From the IMG/VR virus record IMGVR_UViG_3300027844_001828, positions 62,001 through 126,000 of that record: a DNA stretch of 64,000 nt, one strand, 5' to 3'. Below, piece after piece: positions 51,180 through 59,953 of this stretch. The notes under the pieces were generated by a model, which made no database searches, was not told where the DNA came from, and worked only from the letters and a program-made list of their open reading frames with translations. A program made the position numbers and the translations under genes. Positions within the stretch are counted from its first letter, which is position 1. Each line of letters starts with the position of its first letter.

Positions 51180-51247
51180 ACTTTGTATTTGTTTTGGGCT
51201 TGAGATATAGGCTTGTTGAGATATTGTAATGGTTAAAGAATATAAAT

Positions 51248-51324
51248 GACCCGTTGGACGAATTGGTTAAGTCGTCAGGTTTTCAACCTGAAGATTGCGG
51301 GTTCAAATCCCGCACGGGCCACCA
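51248..51324 (+). tRNA. tRNA-Glu(TTC)
   Basis: TCAGGT-TTTCA-ACCTGA anticodon arm, GCGGG-TTCAAAT-CCCGC, ACCA. A2:C71 mismatch. Confidence 0.9.
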
Positions 51325-51329
51325 GTATT

Positions 51330-51472
51330 ATCCATGCCGACGAAAGTCTCACTAAGTGGAGCCTGTGTTTTGGACATGGGAGAATTTTAATTCTTGTTGA
51401 AAATTGAAATATGAGTAACGTTCGATGATGTCATTCGTCAGCACTCAATTCCGTTTAGCGTCGGTCATGGAT
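51330..51472 (+). ncRNA. Unassigned multi-stem structured RNA
   Basis: Closing stem ATCCATG-CCGACG / CGTCGG-T-CATGGAT, internal hairpins and a 3' U-run. Confidence 0.5.
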
Positions 51473-51563
51473 TTTTATTTTTTTAAAGATAGTTTGTATA
51501 CTAATAACAAGGGTCTAAGAAGTGTTTTCATGAATAATATGAAAACCAAATGGAGATCAATTT

Positions 51564-51773
51564 ATGAGAGTTATAGAAAATAATAAAAAGACCGTGAAGG
51601 TCGCCGATGATAAGACAAAGGCGATGGACATTATAAAAAGTCTTCTTGAAAGATATAGGAATAGTGAGTTGCCTGTTATCATTAACAACATATGCCAAGC
51701 GATCATTGATGAGAATCAAAGACAACCTGGACCTGGTGATATTTTTGAAGAGAAAGTAAAATCAACTGACTAA
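51564..51773 (+). CDS. Small hypothetical protein
   Basis: GGAG RBS. SigH-like promoter at 51510-51535. Confidence 0.55.
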   Translation: MRVIENNKKTVKVADDKTKAMDIIKSLLERYRNSELPVIINNICQAIIDENQRQPGPGDIFEEKVKSTD

Positions 51774-51778
51774 ATTAA

Positions 51779-51807
51779 GGCCTTGTGGTGGAATTTTGGC
51801 AGACACG
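51779..51807 (+). pseudogene. 5' fragment of a tRNA-Leu
   Basis: GGCCTTGTGGTGGAATTTTGGCAGACACG is an acceptor 5' strand plus D-arm. Confidence 0.65.
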
Positions 51808-51870
51808 AAGTTTTAAAATGAAGGTGTCTTTACCATTTCTGAAGAATACTTTATACAAAGGAGTATTTAT

Positions 51871-52407
51871 ATGAAAATAAAGAGCAAAGAACATCTTGAG
51901 AATGTGGTTAAAGAATCTGCAAGTGTTTCAGAGGTTCAGCGTAAATTGGGATATAAACCATCAGGTGGTATACATAAATTTCTTAAAGGTAAGTTTAAAG
52001 AATTTGAAATAGACACTTCTCATTTCACAGGTCAAGGGTGGTCGCTTGGGAAATCAAGGGAGACGGATGAAATTGTTGATATAGTTTCTCGAAAAATAGA
52101 ATCTCCATGGGAACATGTTTTTAGGAAAGGTAACCATAAAACACAAAATGAGACCTTGATTAGACGTTTGATAAGAAGCGGCAAAAGAGAATATAAATGT
52201 GAAGATTGTGGGGTTAAAAAGTGGGGCGACAAACCTCTACGATTGCAACTTGATCATATAAATGGAGACAATTCTGATTGTCAAGAAATAAACTTAAAGA
52301 TTATTTGCCCTAATTGTCATTCTCAAACTGAAACATTTTCAAGAGGAATGAGGGAAAGTAGAAGTTATTATAGAAACAAATGGTGGAAACAATTATCTAT
52401 GAATTAA
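51871..52407 (+). CDS. HNH homing endonuclease (tRNA-associated)
   Basis: IDTSHFTGQGW, CEDC, LQLDHINGDNSD...NLKIICPNCHSQT. Confidence 0.92.
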   Translation: MKIKSKEHLENVVKESASVSEVQRKLGYKPSGGIHKFLKGKFKEFEIDTSHFTGQGWSLGKSRETDEIVDIVSRKIESPWEHVFRKGNHKTQNETLIRRLIRSGKREYKCEDCGVKKWGDKPLRLQLDHINGDNSDCQEINLKIICPNCHSQTETFSRGMRESRSYYRNKWWKQLSMN

Positions 52408-52408
52408 T

Positions 52409-52495
52409 GGTGCTGTGATGGAATTGGCATACATCTATGGTTGAGAATCATAGGCTCGAAAGAGATTGAGGGTTCGAGTCCCTACGAGGCCACCA
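52409..52495 (+). tRNA. tRNA-Leu(GAG), chimeric acceptor stem
   Basis: TATGG-TTGAGAA-TCATA arm, variable arm, TTCGAGT loop, ACCA. G4:G69 and C5:A68 mismatches. Confidence 0.75.
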
Positions 52496-52787
52496 AATTT
52501 GGATAAGCAATGAAATATACAAAAAAACTATTTAAAGTCCCTATAAATGCCAACTTCGCATCTTCTTTTATAAAGACGGCGAACATTCAGAAGCGAATTA
52601 AAGACGAGAAAGATTGTGGTCATTATATTTTAAGGACTGAATTTTGGAAAATGTTTGGCGGCGATAGGATAATGTATTTGAGAACCTAAAAGATAACGAT
52701 GTTACAATCTCAGACATAAATGCAGGATATTTGTGGTTATATAGACAAATATACTATATACAATAATCCTTTCATAAGACTGATAAC

Positions 52788-53696
52788 GTGAATTGGTATA
52801 AATCTTACATTTTCAAAGAAGCCCGATTCTTTTTCGATCAAACATTCTCAGATGAGACAGGGACATGGCGCGTTCCTGATCTCCATGAATACGCAGTCGA
52901 AAATGGAAAGAAAGTATCAATTCCAATCAGCAAGTTGATGAATAACCTTGAGCCTTCAGATCATGAACGAGGGGAAGATCTTCCAGGACATCCGCTGTTT
53001 ATAATTAGAGCTAACGATGCGGACTTGAAATTCCCTATACTTGTTGTAGAATATCCAGACGGGCTTTGGATCGCAGATGGCGTACATAGGCTCTGGAAGG
53101 CAAAGCAGAAGAAACGTAAAAACATTGACGCTTATCTAATTAAAAATGATGAGTTGAAAAAAATAACCCAAGAAAATCCCAATAAAATTCCAATGAGAAC
53201 AATAAAGATAAAAGGAGTTGATTACACGGGAAGGTTCATTCAAGATATTAAGGATGAATTCAATGTAATATCACTCCGAACCTACACAGATCCAATACCA
53301 ACAGAAACAATATGCTATTCTCTTATAGATGAACACATGGAAGAACAATTCTTATGTGTTGAAACATTTGATGATGTTGACAGCACTGAGAGCAAATTCT
53401 TTGCTCCCAAGCCCGACCAGGTTAAGAGAATCCTTGAATGGGCTGCTTTGAAGGCCAAAGAGAATGATAGACCGTTCCTTGTTCATTGCACCGCTGGAAT
53501 AAGTAGAAGCTCAGCGATTGCTATTTTGATTAGTCAGATGATCAATGGTCGTTTCCATCACATTTTCAATCCAATGATCCACGATCCTAACGAATTGGTC
53601 ATTCATTACGGGGAGCAATTTACGGGTTTGGCGGTTTCAGAAAATATCACGAGACAGAAACGACGCGTGGCACGGGACAATGCATTGTTGCTATAG
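52788..53696 (+). CDS. ParB/Srx-like domain fused to a protein tyrosine/dual-specificity phosphatase
   Basis: FPILV...IADGVHRL and VHCTAGISRS (CX5R). N-terminus MNWYK. Confidence 0.75.
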   Translation: MNWYKSYIFKEARFFFDQTFSDETGTWRVPDLHEYAVENGKKVSIPISKLMNNLEPSDHERGEDLPGHPLFIIRANDADLKFPILVVEYPDGLWIADGVHRLWKAKQKKRKNIDAYLIKNDELKKITQENPNKIPMRTIKIKGVDYTGRFIQDIKDEFNVISLRTYTDPIPTETICYSLIDEHMEEQFLCVETFDDVDSTESKFFAPKPDQVKRILEWAALKAKENDRPFLVHCTAGISRSSAIAILISQMINGRFHHIFNPMIHDPNELVIHYGEQFTGLAVSENITRQKRRVARDNALLL

Positions 53697-53830
53697 AGAC
53701 TTGAAAAGTTTCAGACGTTCGCTATAGTAACCCTCAACTGTAGGCTAATGTGAAAATAAATTTATATACTATTCAACTGTAATCAGGAGATAGATGAAAA
53801 TGATGTACCAATCAAGAGGGGGTGTAAATA

Positions 53831-54166
53831 ATGGAAAAAGAAGAAAAAAACTTAAGTTTGAATGAGTCAAATACTGTGACGATAGACATTAAAAGTTTGG
53901 TTGGAATACTTGCCATGATATTATCAATGGCTGGCATCTATTTCAGCCTGACAGGACAGATAGCGCAACTTCAATTAGACGTTATCCGTATGCAAGACTC
54001 CGTTGCAACCAATGAAGAATTTCGAATTAAGTGGCCCCGTGGAGAACTTGGGGCTTTACCTGACGACGCGGTCCAGGATCTAAACATTGAGTACATTCAA
54101 AAGGAATTGGCAAAGATTCAGGTAGAATTTGATGATCACATAGACGAGCCTCATCAATGCAATTAG
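53831..54166 (+). CDS. Single-TM coiled-coil phage protein
   Basis: LVGILAMILSMAGIYFSL followed by a coiled coil. Confidence 0.6.
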   Translation: MEKEEKNLSLNESNTVTIDIKSLVGILAMILSMAGIYFSLTGQIAQLQLDVIRMQDSVATNEEFRIKWPRGELGALPDDAVQDLNIEYIQKELAKIQVEFDDHIDEPHQCN

Positions 54167-54787
54167 GACACAAAAAGTGGAAGAAGCTTAGAAACCATAA
54201 TCGAATACATACAATGTAGCAAATGAATTACTACACGAAGGATTCTTTTCTAATCCAAGAAATATAAAAAATTTTAAAATTCAATGAGACTCTATTGATA
54301 AACTATTTTAGAGGATCATTAAATAATATACAAGGAACTTAATTTAAGGAAGTAAAAAAAGACCCGAAGGTCTCTTCTTTATGCGAGACATTGTTTATAT
54401 GTCTCTTCTAATTTATTTATCAACCCCAAAACCCATTGGGAAATCGGGCGACCATACGTTTCAGTCAGAACCGCCACCGAACCACCTATTACATTAATCT
54501 GCAATGATGACGTTCCAGATGAAGTTGAGTCAGAACTTAATGACGAGGACATCTATACTCACAGTAGTAATTCATTAGTATCGATCTGGAACTAACCTGA
54601 AGAGCATTACTTGCTTAAATGGTTGATCTCTGAAGGGGTTGATATATCAGCGGCATTTGATGGGACATATTATCACATTAGTATCATGGGAACATAAACG
54701 AAAAGGATATTATTTATGGGAAACAAGATGGGGTTTATTAATGGATACAATCAATGCTTATAAAAATTACTTAAACGAGGGCATAAA

Positions 54788-55102
54788 ATGGCAAAGAATC
54801 AATTGCAAAGATTAACGGATCTCGCTAATAAGACTATGACAAGGTATTGTCAGGAATTTCCCGACATAGTAGTTGATAGAGATTACTTCCCTCTCAAGAC
54901 TGGGGAAGAGTGGGGCGAATGCTTACAGTCCTTTTTAATGTTGACTAATCGTGGGCGGCAGAAGGGAAAGACTAAGAGACAGATTAAAGAATCATTGTCT
55001 CAGGAAATGGCCGATGTCTTTGGATTCTTATTGTTATTCGCGGAGCAAGAGGGGATTGATCTTGACAAAGAATTAACCAAGAAATGGACCTGGAAAAAAT
55101 AA
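54788..55102 (+). CDS. MazG-like nucleotide pyrophosphohydrolase
   Basis: KTGEEWGE...EMADVF...GIDLD...KKW. Confidence 0.8.
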   Translation: MAKNQLQRLTDLANKTMTRYCQEFPDIVVDRDYFPLKTGEEWGECLQSFLMLTNRGRQKGKTKRQIKESLSQEMADVFGFLLLFAEQEGIDLDKELTKKWTWKK

Positions 55103-55292
55103 TGGATAAATTTGGCAGAGAATTATCTGGTAGTTGTTCAAATTGTGACGCCCTCTATATTTGAAAGATGGGTTGACCACAGATGATAATTGGAGCAAGA
55201 TAGATCACCACCCGTTTATGACCTTTGAAGACTCAAAGGAAGCGTATTCTCACAAGTGTAGAGATGGCAAGAGTGGCATTTGTGCTGGTGTT

Positions 55293-55337
55293 ATAAATGG
55301 CCAAATGTAATGATAAGTGTTACATTTGGCCATTTAT
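55293..55337. repeat. Perfect 18-bp inverted repeat
   Basis: ATAAATGGCCAAATGTAA-9 nt-TTACATTTGGCCATTTAT. Confidence 0.9.
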
Positions 55338-55476
55338 GAACTCGTCAATAATTACGAGTACCATTTTGGTTAGGGGAACTCTCTTGCGAGGTATTAATAT
55401 TAATTACTCTGTATGTTTAATGTCCCCAGGTAGGATCTGATCTCATTATACACGAAGATAAACTAAAGGTTTATTT

Positions 55477-56061
55477 ATGTCACAATCAACAATTCCAATG
55501 TTAGAAATAATTCTTGATGAAATAAAGTTGCTTGAAAACTCCGTAGTAATTGAAGTCGGTGCCGGAGCGTCTACGGTTATAGTCGAGAAGATTTGCAAAA
55601 AGAATGATTGTATTGGATATACACTTGAAATAGCTGAGAAGACTATTGAAAGGGTTTCAAAAACTTGCCCCTCAACCAAGTTTATCCTTGGCCCAAGTTT
55701 AGACACTCTTCCAGAAATGGATCTTGAACAAAAACCAATTGGCCTTCTTTTTCTTGATGGCGCACCATCTGCAATGATGACTTTTTTAGAATTCCAATTG
55801 ATGCAATCTCATTTAATTGTCGGGAGCATTGTTCTTATTGACAATGCCACGATGTATGAGGAAACAATCTCAAGAGAGTCTGAGCTTGCGTGTCGTAAAG
55901 GCAGGGTGATAGTTCCTTATCTTAGGGCTCACCCATTTTGGGAAGTAAAACCCTACCCTCAGTATGGTGGGGGAATGGTCATGGCAATCCTTCGAGACGA
56001 ACCTTCTTTTTGCAAGAAAAAGATGGATAATAATCCTGGGCATGTCGCAAAATATTTGTAA
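55477..56061 (+). CDS. Class I SAM-dependent methyltransferase (Methyltransf_24-like)
   Basis: VIEVGAGAST, LLFLDG, GSIVLIDN. Confidence 0.8.
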   Translation: MSQSTIPMLEIILDEIKLLENSVVIEVGAGASTVIVEKICKKNDCIGYTLEIAEKTIERVSKTCPSTKFILGPSLDTLPEMDLEQKPIGLLFLDGAPSAMMTFLEFQLMQSHLIVGSIVLIDNATMYEETISRESELACRKGRVIVPYLRAHPFWEVKPYPQYGGGMVMAILRDEPSFCKKKMDNNPGHVAKYL

Positions 56062-56066
56062 CGGGG

Positions 56067-56094
56067 TTGAAAAATCTCAATTTGTCGGTATAAT
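56067..56094 (+). promoter_or_regulatory. sigma70-type promoter
   Basis: TTGAAA-16 nt-TATAAT. Confidence 0.65.
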
Positions 56095-56161
56095 ATAACC
56101 AAATGAAGTGGTAAATAACACTACTTAAAAATATAAATTATCGGAAGCGATGAGGTAGAAA

Positions 56162-56293
56162 ATGGCCAGATTAATTATTAAGAAAGATCGAGAGAGGTCG
56201 GTTTCCAGAACTGGATATGAGACTTCTCGACAATATAGACGAGAGCGTAGACGAGAGCTTGAGAAGAAACACAAGATGAGAAGTCATGACTGA
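56162..56293 (+). CDS. 43-aa basic protein, possible internally deleted bS21-like remnant
   Basis: GAGG RBS. MARLIIKKDRERSVSRTGYETSRQYRRERRRELEKKHKMRSHD. Confidence 0.35.
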   Translation: MARLIIKKDRERSVSRTGYETSRQYRRERRRELEKKHKMRSHD

Positions 56294-56543
56294 TTGGCTT
56301 GTGTATATCCTGGTTTGCAGTGATGGGACTTATTACACTGGAATAACCAACAATCTTGAAAAGAGGGTTGCTAAACACAACAGTGGTAAGGGAGCTAAAT
56401 ATACAAAGACACGTAGGCCAGTGACAATTTTAACATGTCGAACTGGGTTTTCAAGATCTGAAGCTATGAAGCTTGAGAGAAAGGTTAAGAGTCAAAAAAG
56501 GTCAAACAAGGTTGAGTACTTAGAAAATTTCAGCGCCCTATAA
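56286..56543 (+). CDS. GIY-YIG nuclease (UPF0213/YhbQ-like)
   Basis: VYILVCSDGTYYTGITNNLEKR...HNSGKGAKYT...RP...AMKLE. Confidence 0.92.
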   Translation: MTDWLVYILVCSDGTYYTGITNNLEKRVAKHNSGKGAKYTKTRRPVTILTCRTGFSRSEAMKLERKVKSQKRSNKVEYLENFSAL

Positions 56544-56550
56544 TACAACT

Positions 56551-56653
56551 CGTTTAGTTAGCTACTGACGGGGAATATCGGACACCAGCCGGGTGCCCAA
56601 TGCATTGATGAAGTTCGCGACGACGGAGAGCGCGGCAGGGCGTAGCCGAGGCG
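56551..56653 (+). ncRNA. GC-rich structured element, unassigned
   Basis: GCTAC/GTAGC closing stem, with GGACACC/GGTGCC and TCGCG/CGCGG hairpins in AT-rich surroundings. Confidence 0.4.
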
Positions 56654-56889
56654 CTGTCTAATTTAACTAAGGTTCATAGAGAAGAGAAACACTGATGCAT
56701 ACACAATTCATAAACGATGGTTCGACGGCGTTCCCAATAAATGGTAGATTTTTTTAACCTATTCTGATCAGCATAGTAATGTTGGCGTTGAATGGAATCT
56801 ATGGGGAAACTCATGCGGTATAGAATTATCTATAAATGATGAGGGGGGTGGACATTTTATGTGCCCTTGCCACCTATTTCATTGTGGTT

Positions 56890-57036
56890 GTCATTTGCAA
56901 AATAAATGAATGGCTTGGAAATAAAATCACATTACACTTGGATCATAAAAACGGAATAAATAATGATAACAGAATAGAAAATTTAAGAATATTGTGTCCA
57001 AATTGTCATCAACAAACAAAGACTTGGGGTAGATGA
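56890..57036 (+). pseudogene. HNH endonuclease C-terminal fragment overlapping the tRNA-Leu 5' end
   Basis: LHLDHKNGINNDNRIENLRILCPNCHQQT with the N-terminal part missing. Confidence 0.75.
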
Positions 57037-57104
57037 AGGGAACTGGCATACCTCGTTGATTTAGAATCAACGGTTTGGGGGTTCGAATCCCCCTCTACTC
57101 ACCA
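57027..57104 (+). tRNA. tRNA-Leu(TAG), short variable loop
   Basis: GGGTAGA/TCTACTC, GTTGA-TTTAGAA-TCAAC, GGGGG-TTCGAAT-CCCCC, ACCA. Confidence 0.9.
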
Positions 57105-57717
57105 GACGAGAAGAAGTGACGGTAATACGAAAGCTAACAGCTTTTACAACTAAAGATAAGGAGAAGAGAACATGAGTATCATTCCGTTAGTAGTATTTGG
57201 TGTAATCGTTTGGGGAGCTTGGCAATTCTTGAAACCATTGTTGGTTGTATTTCAGCAAGAATCTGAGAACAAGAAGAAATCTCTTGAAGAGGAAGCTTCG
57301 TAATACGCGCCACGATCACAATCCCGTCAATGACGCAATCGGAAATGCTGAGGCATTAGAGTCGATTATTAAAATGATTAAGGCTGAGAGGCGAAGAAAG
57401 TAATGTTTTTTATCAAACGGAACGTTTGGACATATTGACGATCTCGCTTCAGAGTTAGGGAAAAGTGATAGTATGGATTGTGACAATCTTGAAAGGTTGA
57501 TCAGTGGAATAATAGAAAGTTCAATTATTTACACTAATGATTTAGCACAAGATTCTCCAGAGATGTTAAGAGAGATTGCAGACAAATACGATAAATGTAG
57601 CATAAAACCTACAACACAGACCTCTGTAGCAGAGTAATGACAACAAGGAAGATCCCCATTGTCTAATTTTGATAAGATTAATTAATGGGCTAAGAAAATA
57701 AAAACAGGAGAATAGCG

Positions 57718-58518
57718 ATGAGAATAGTTGATAGTCCAGAATCATACTTAGTTGGGATAACCTCCCTTAACGACATTGGTCTAAATTCATACCTTGATGA
57801 TATAGGAGATCCCGATTGGGACCCTGACATTTCGGTTTCAGATGGGGAGAATTTAATCGAAGCCGCAGGCCGAATGTGCTATCGAAGCTGGCAGGCCTAT
57901 GATCCGGCGAAGCCACTCGCCACCAATCCTAATGTAAAAAAAGTCAGAGAGGGCAACAGGGACTACATTGCCAATGTTCTCAAGCACAAGCATGGATCAA
58001 TCCTTGAACACGTCTCAGCGAGCTTTATCCTCAAAGACGTGTCTCGTGTTTTAACTCATGAAATAACCCGCCACAGAGCCGGGACGGCTTTTTCCCAGGA
58101 AAGCTTAAGATATGTCAGACTTAATGATTTAAGCTTCTGGATTCCCACCTTGATCAAAGAAAATGATGCAGCGATAGAATTGTTCTTGGGTGCGATCACT
58201 CAAATGGAGCAATGGCAAACACAATTGGCCGAAATTTATGATATCGATAATATGAAGGATTTTCACACGAAAAAGCTTCTCACGTCGGCATTTAGAAGAA
58301 TTGCACCGATTGGTCTTTCAACATGTATACTGGTCACAGGAAATTTGCGATCCTGGCGGCACATTGTTGAAATGAGGACTTCAGAAGGCGCTGAGGAAGA
58401 AATTAGAATCAGTTGTGACCAAATCGCCGAGGCACTTTCTGTAGAATTCCCCAATGTGTTCCAGGATATGGAGTTAAATGATAAAGGGGAAAGGATTTTT
58501 GTTAATTCCAAGGTTTAA
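57718..58518 (+). CDS. thyX: Flavin-dependent thymidylate synthase
   Basis: AGRMCY, HGSILEH, VSRVLTHEITRHRAGTAFSQESLRY, NLRSWRH, AEEEIR. Confidence 0.96.
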   Translation: MRIVDSPESYLVGITSLNDIGLNSYLDDIGDPDWDPDISVSDGENLIEAAGRMCYRSWQAYDPAKPLATNPNVKKVREGNRDYIANVLKHKHGSILEHVSASFILKDVSRVLTHEITRHRAGTAFSQESLRYVRLNDLSFWIPTLIKENDAAIELFLGAITQMEQWQTQLAEIYDIDNMKDFHTKKLLTSAFRRIAPIGLSTCILVTGNLRSWRHIVEMRTSEGAEEEIRISCDQIAEALSVEFPNVFQDMELNDKGERIFVNSKV

Positions 58519-58589
58519 CCACGAAAACTAAAGTAAATATGGTGTACAATCCTTAATTGGACACTAACCTATAACAATAAATATTAAAA

Positions 58590-58955
58590 ATGAGTGCATT
58601 TTCAAGTATCATGAGTACAATTGCTTCTTGGAGCAAATGGTTCACTTCTGGCGATCAAGTCAAGAAAAGAAAGAAGAACAAGTTAGAGGATGAAGTGTCA
58701 GATGGCGCGACAGCCATAAAAGAAAAGGATGTAGACGAAGTGAACAGAAGATTACGAAAACATACGATGGAATTGATCTTTATTGTAGGAATGTTAGTTT
58801 CGGTTGCTGGGTGTCGAACGCCTCAGGTAATATATATACCACAGGAACATAAGGCGATTCCTTTGGTTCATAATGGCGCTGAAGGTTGGTGGCTCCCAAA
58901 TGGCCAATTTTCAATACTATTAGAAAAAGCAGAACGCTACGATGCCTCAAAATAA
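58590..58955 (+). CDS. Membrane protein with an internal lipobox (possible spanin-like)
   Basis: Amphipathic N-terminus, coiled coil, then LIFIVGMLVSVAGC. Confidence 0.45.
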   Translation: MSAFSSIMSTIASWSKWFTSGDQVKKRKKNKLEDEVSDGATAIKEKDVDEVNRRLRKHTMELIFIVGMLVSVAGCRTPQVIYIPQEHKAIPLVHNGAEGWWLPNGQFSILLEKAERYDASK

Positions 58956-58968
58956 AAGGAGAGATTGA

Positions 58969-59523
58969 ATGAAGAAGTTAATTTGTGGAATGATGGTGGT
59001 CCTAATGGCGGTGTTAGGCAATGGTTGTGCGACTACAGGCGGAACGGGCGGAGTAGGAGGAATTGATGTCAGCACTGCTGATGCCGAAAAGTTTGGCCGT
59101 GTAGTTGGAGTTGGATATTTGGTTGGAAAACCTCATCTTAGCGCGAAAGAAGTTGAAATACTTGAGTATGTATACCATCAATTTGATGCTTTGATTACTG
59201 ATGAAAACAGTAACGACGTTATCAAGAGCTTGATTACGAACGCTGTAATGACTGAATTCGCTGATGATCCAGAGAGTGCAATTTTGATTGCATTTGGAGT
59301 TGAAACATTGAATATGTATTGGATGCGACTTGATGAGAGATATCAAATCGACAATATTGTAGGCGCAGAAAGGCTTGCGATCTTGAGAGCGTTCAATAAG
59401 GGGATCAAGGAAGCTGTAGCGGACTACAAATTCCAGGCCGCTCCAGCGCCACCAGAGGTTATTTTGGAAGTTGCCCCACCGGTTTCTGTAGAGCCAAATC
59501 CAAGTTCTGGGGCCAACAATTAA
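58969..59523 (+). CDS. Lipoprotein
   Basis: MKK, hydrophobic stretch, LGNGC lipobox-like site. Confidence 0.7.
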   Translation: MKKLICGMMVVLMAVLGNGCATTGGTGGVGGIDVSTADAEKFGRVVGVGYLVGKPHLSAKEVEILEYVYHQFDALITDENSNDVIKSLITNAVMTEFADDPESAILIAFGVETLNMYWMRLDERYQIDNIVGAERLAILRAFNKGIKEAVADYKFQAAPAPPEVILEVAPPVSVEPNPSSGANN

Positions 59524-59597
59524 GAGGAAGCTATGAGATATTTGGGTATTAAGTATTATGAAGACTTAGTACCCATTTATCATTTAAGAGGTTAAAC

Positions 59598-59951
59598 ATG
59601 AAAGATTTCATATTAAAATATGACGAGAACAAAAACGATAGTGGATTTTACCCACAGTCAGACATTATTTACAATGTCGTTCTGGCGGCTGACACTCCTG
59701 AATCAATAACGGTTCCCGTAGGCGCAGAAGTGGCTGAATTTTCCGCTAATGGAGACTTTTGGTGTAGGTTTAACACTGCCGCTGCCGTTCCAACAACTGA
59801 AGTTGTTGATTCGGGGTCAGAGTTGAATCCTACGAGAAGGACTGTTGTTCCAGGCCAACCGATTAGTTTTAGCGCAAGTTCGCCAACACTAATTTCGATT
59901 GCGTTTTACAACATCGCTGGAGCAATTAAGACTCATACACATGTTGTTTAA
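59598..59951 (+). CDS. Putative small virion protein
   Basis: Beta-rich, A/T/P/V-rich 117 aa with a GAGG RBS. Confidence 0.5.
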   Translation: MKDFILKYDENKNDSGFYPQSDIIYNVVLAADTPESITVPVGAEVAEFSANGDFWCRFNTAAAVPTTEVVDSGSELNPTRRTVVPGQPISFSASSPTLISIAFYNIAGAIKTHTHVV

Positions 59952-59953
59952 TA

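Noticed and set aside
51779-52495. Group I intron in tRNA-Leu
   Set aside because: No P/Q/R/S core was recognisable, the HNH ORF and promoter fill the gap, and the downstream tRNA has its own complete 5' half.
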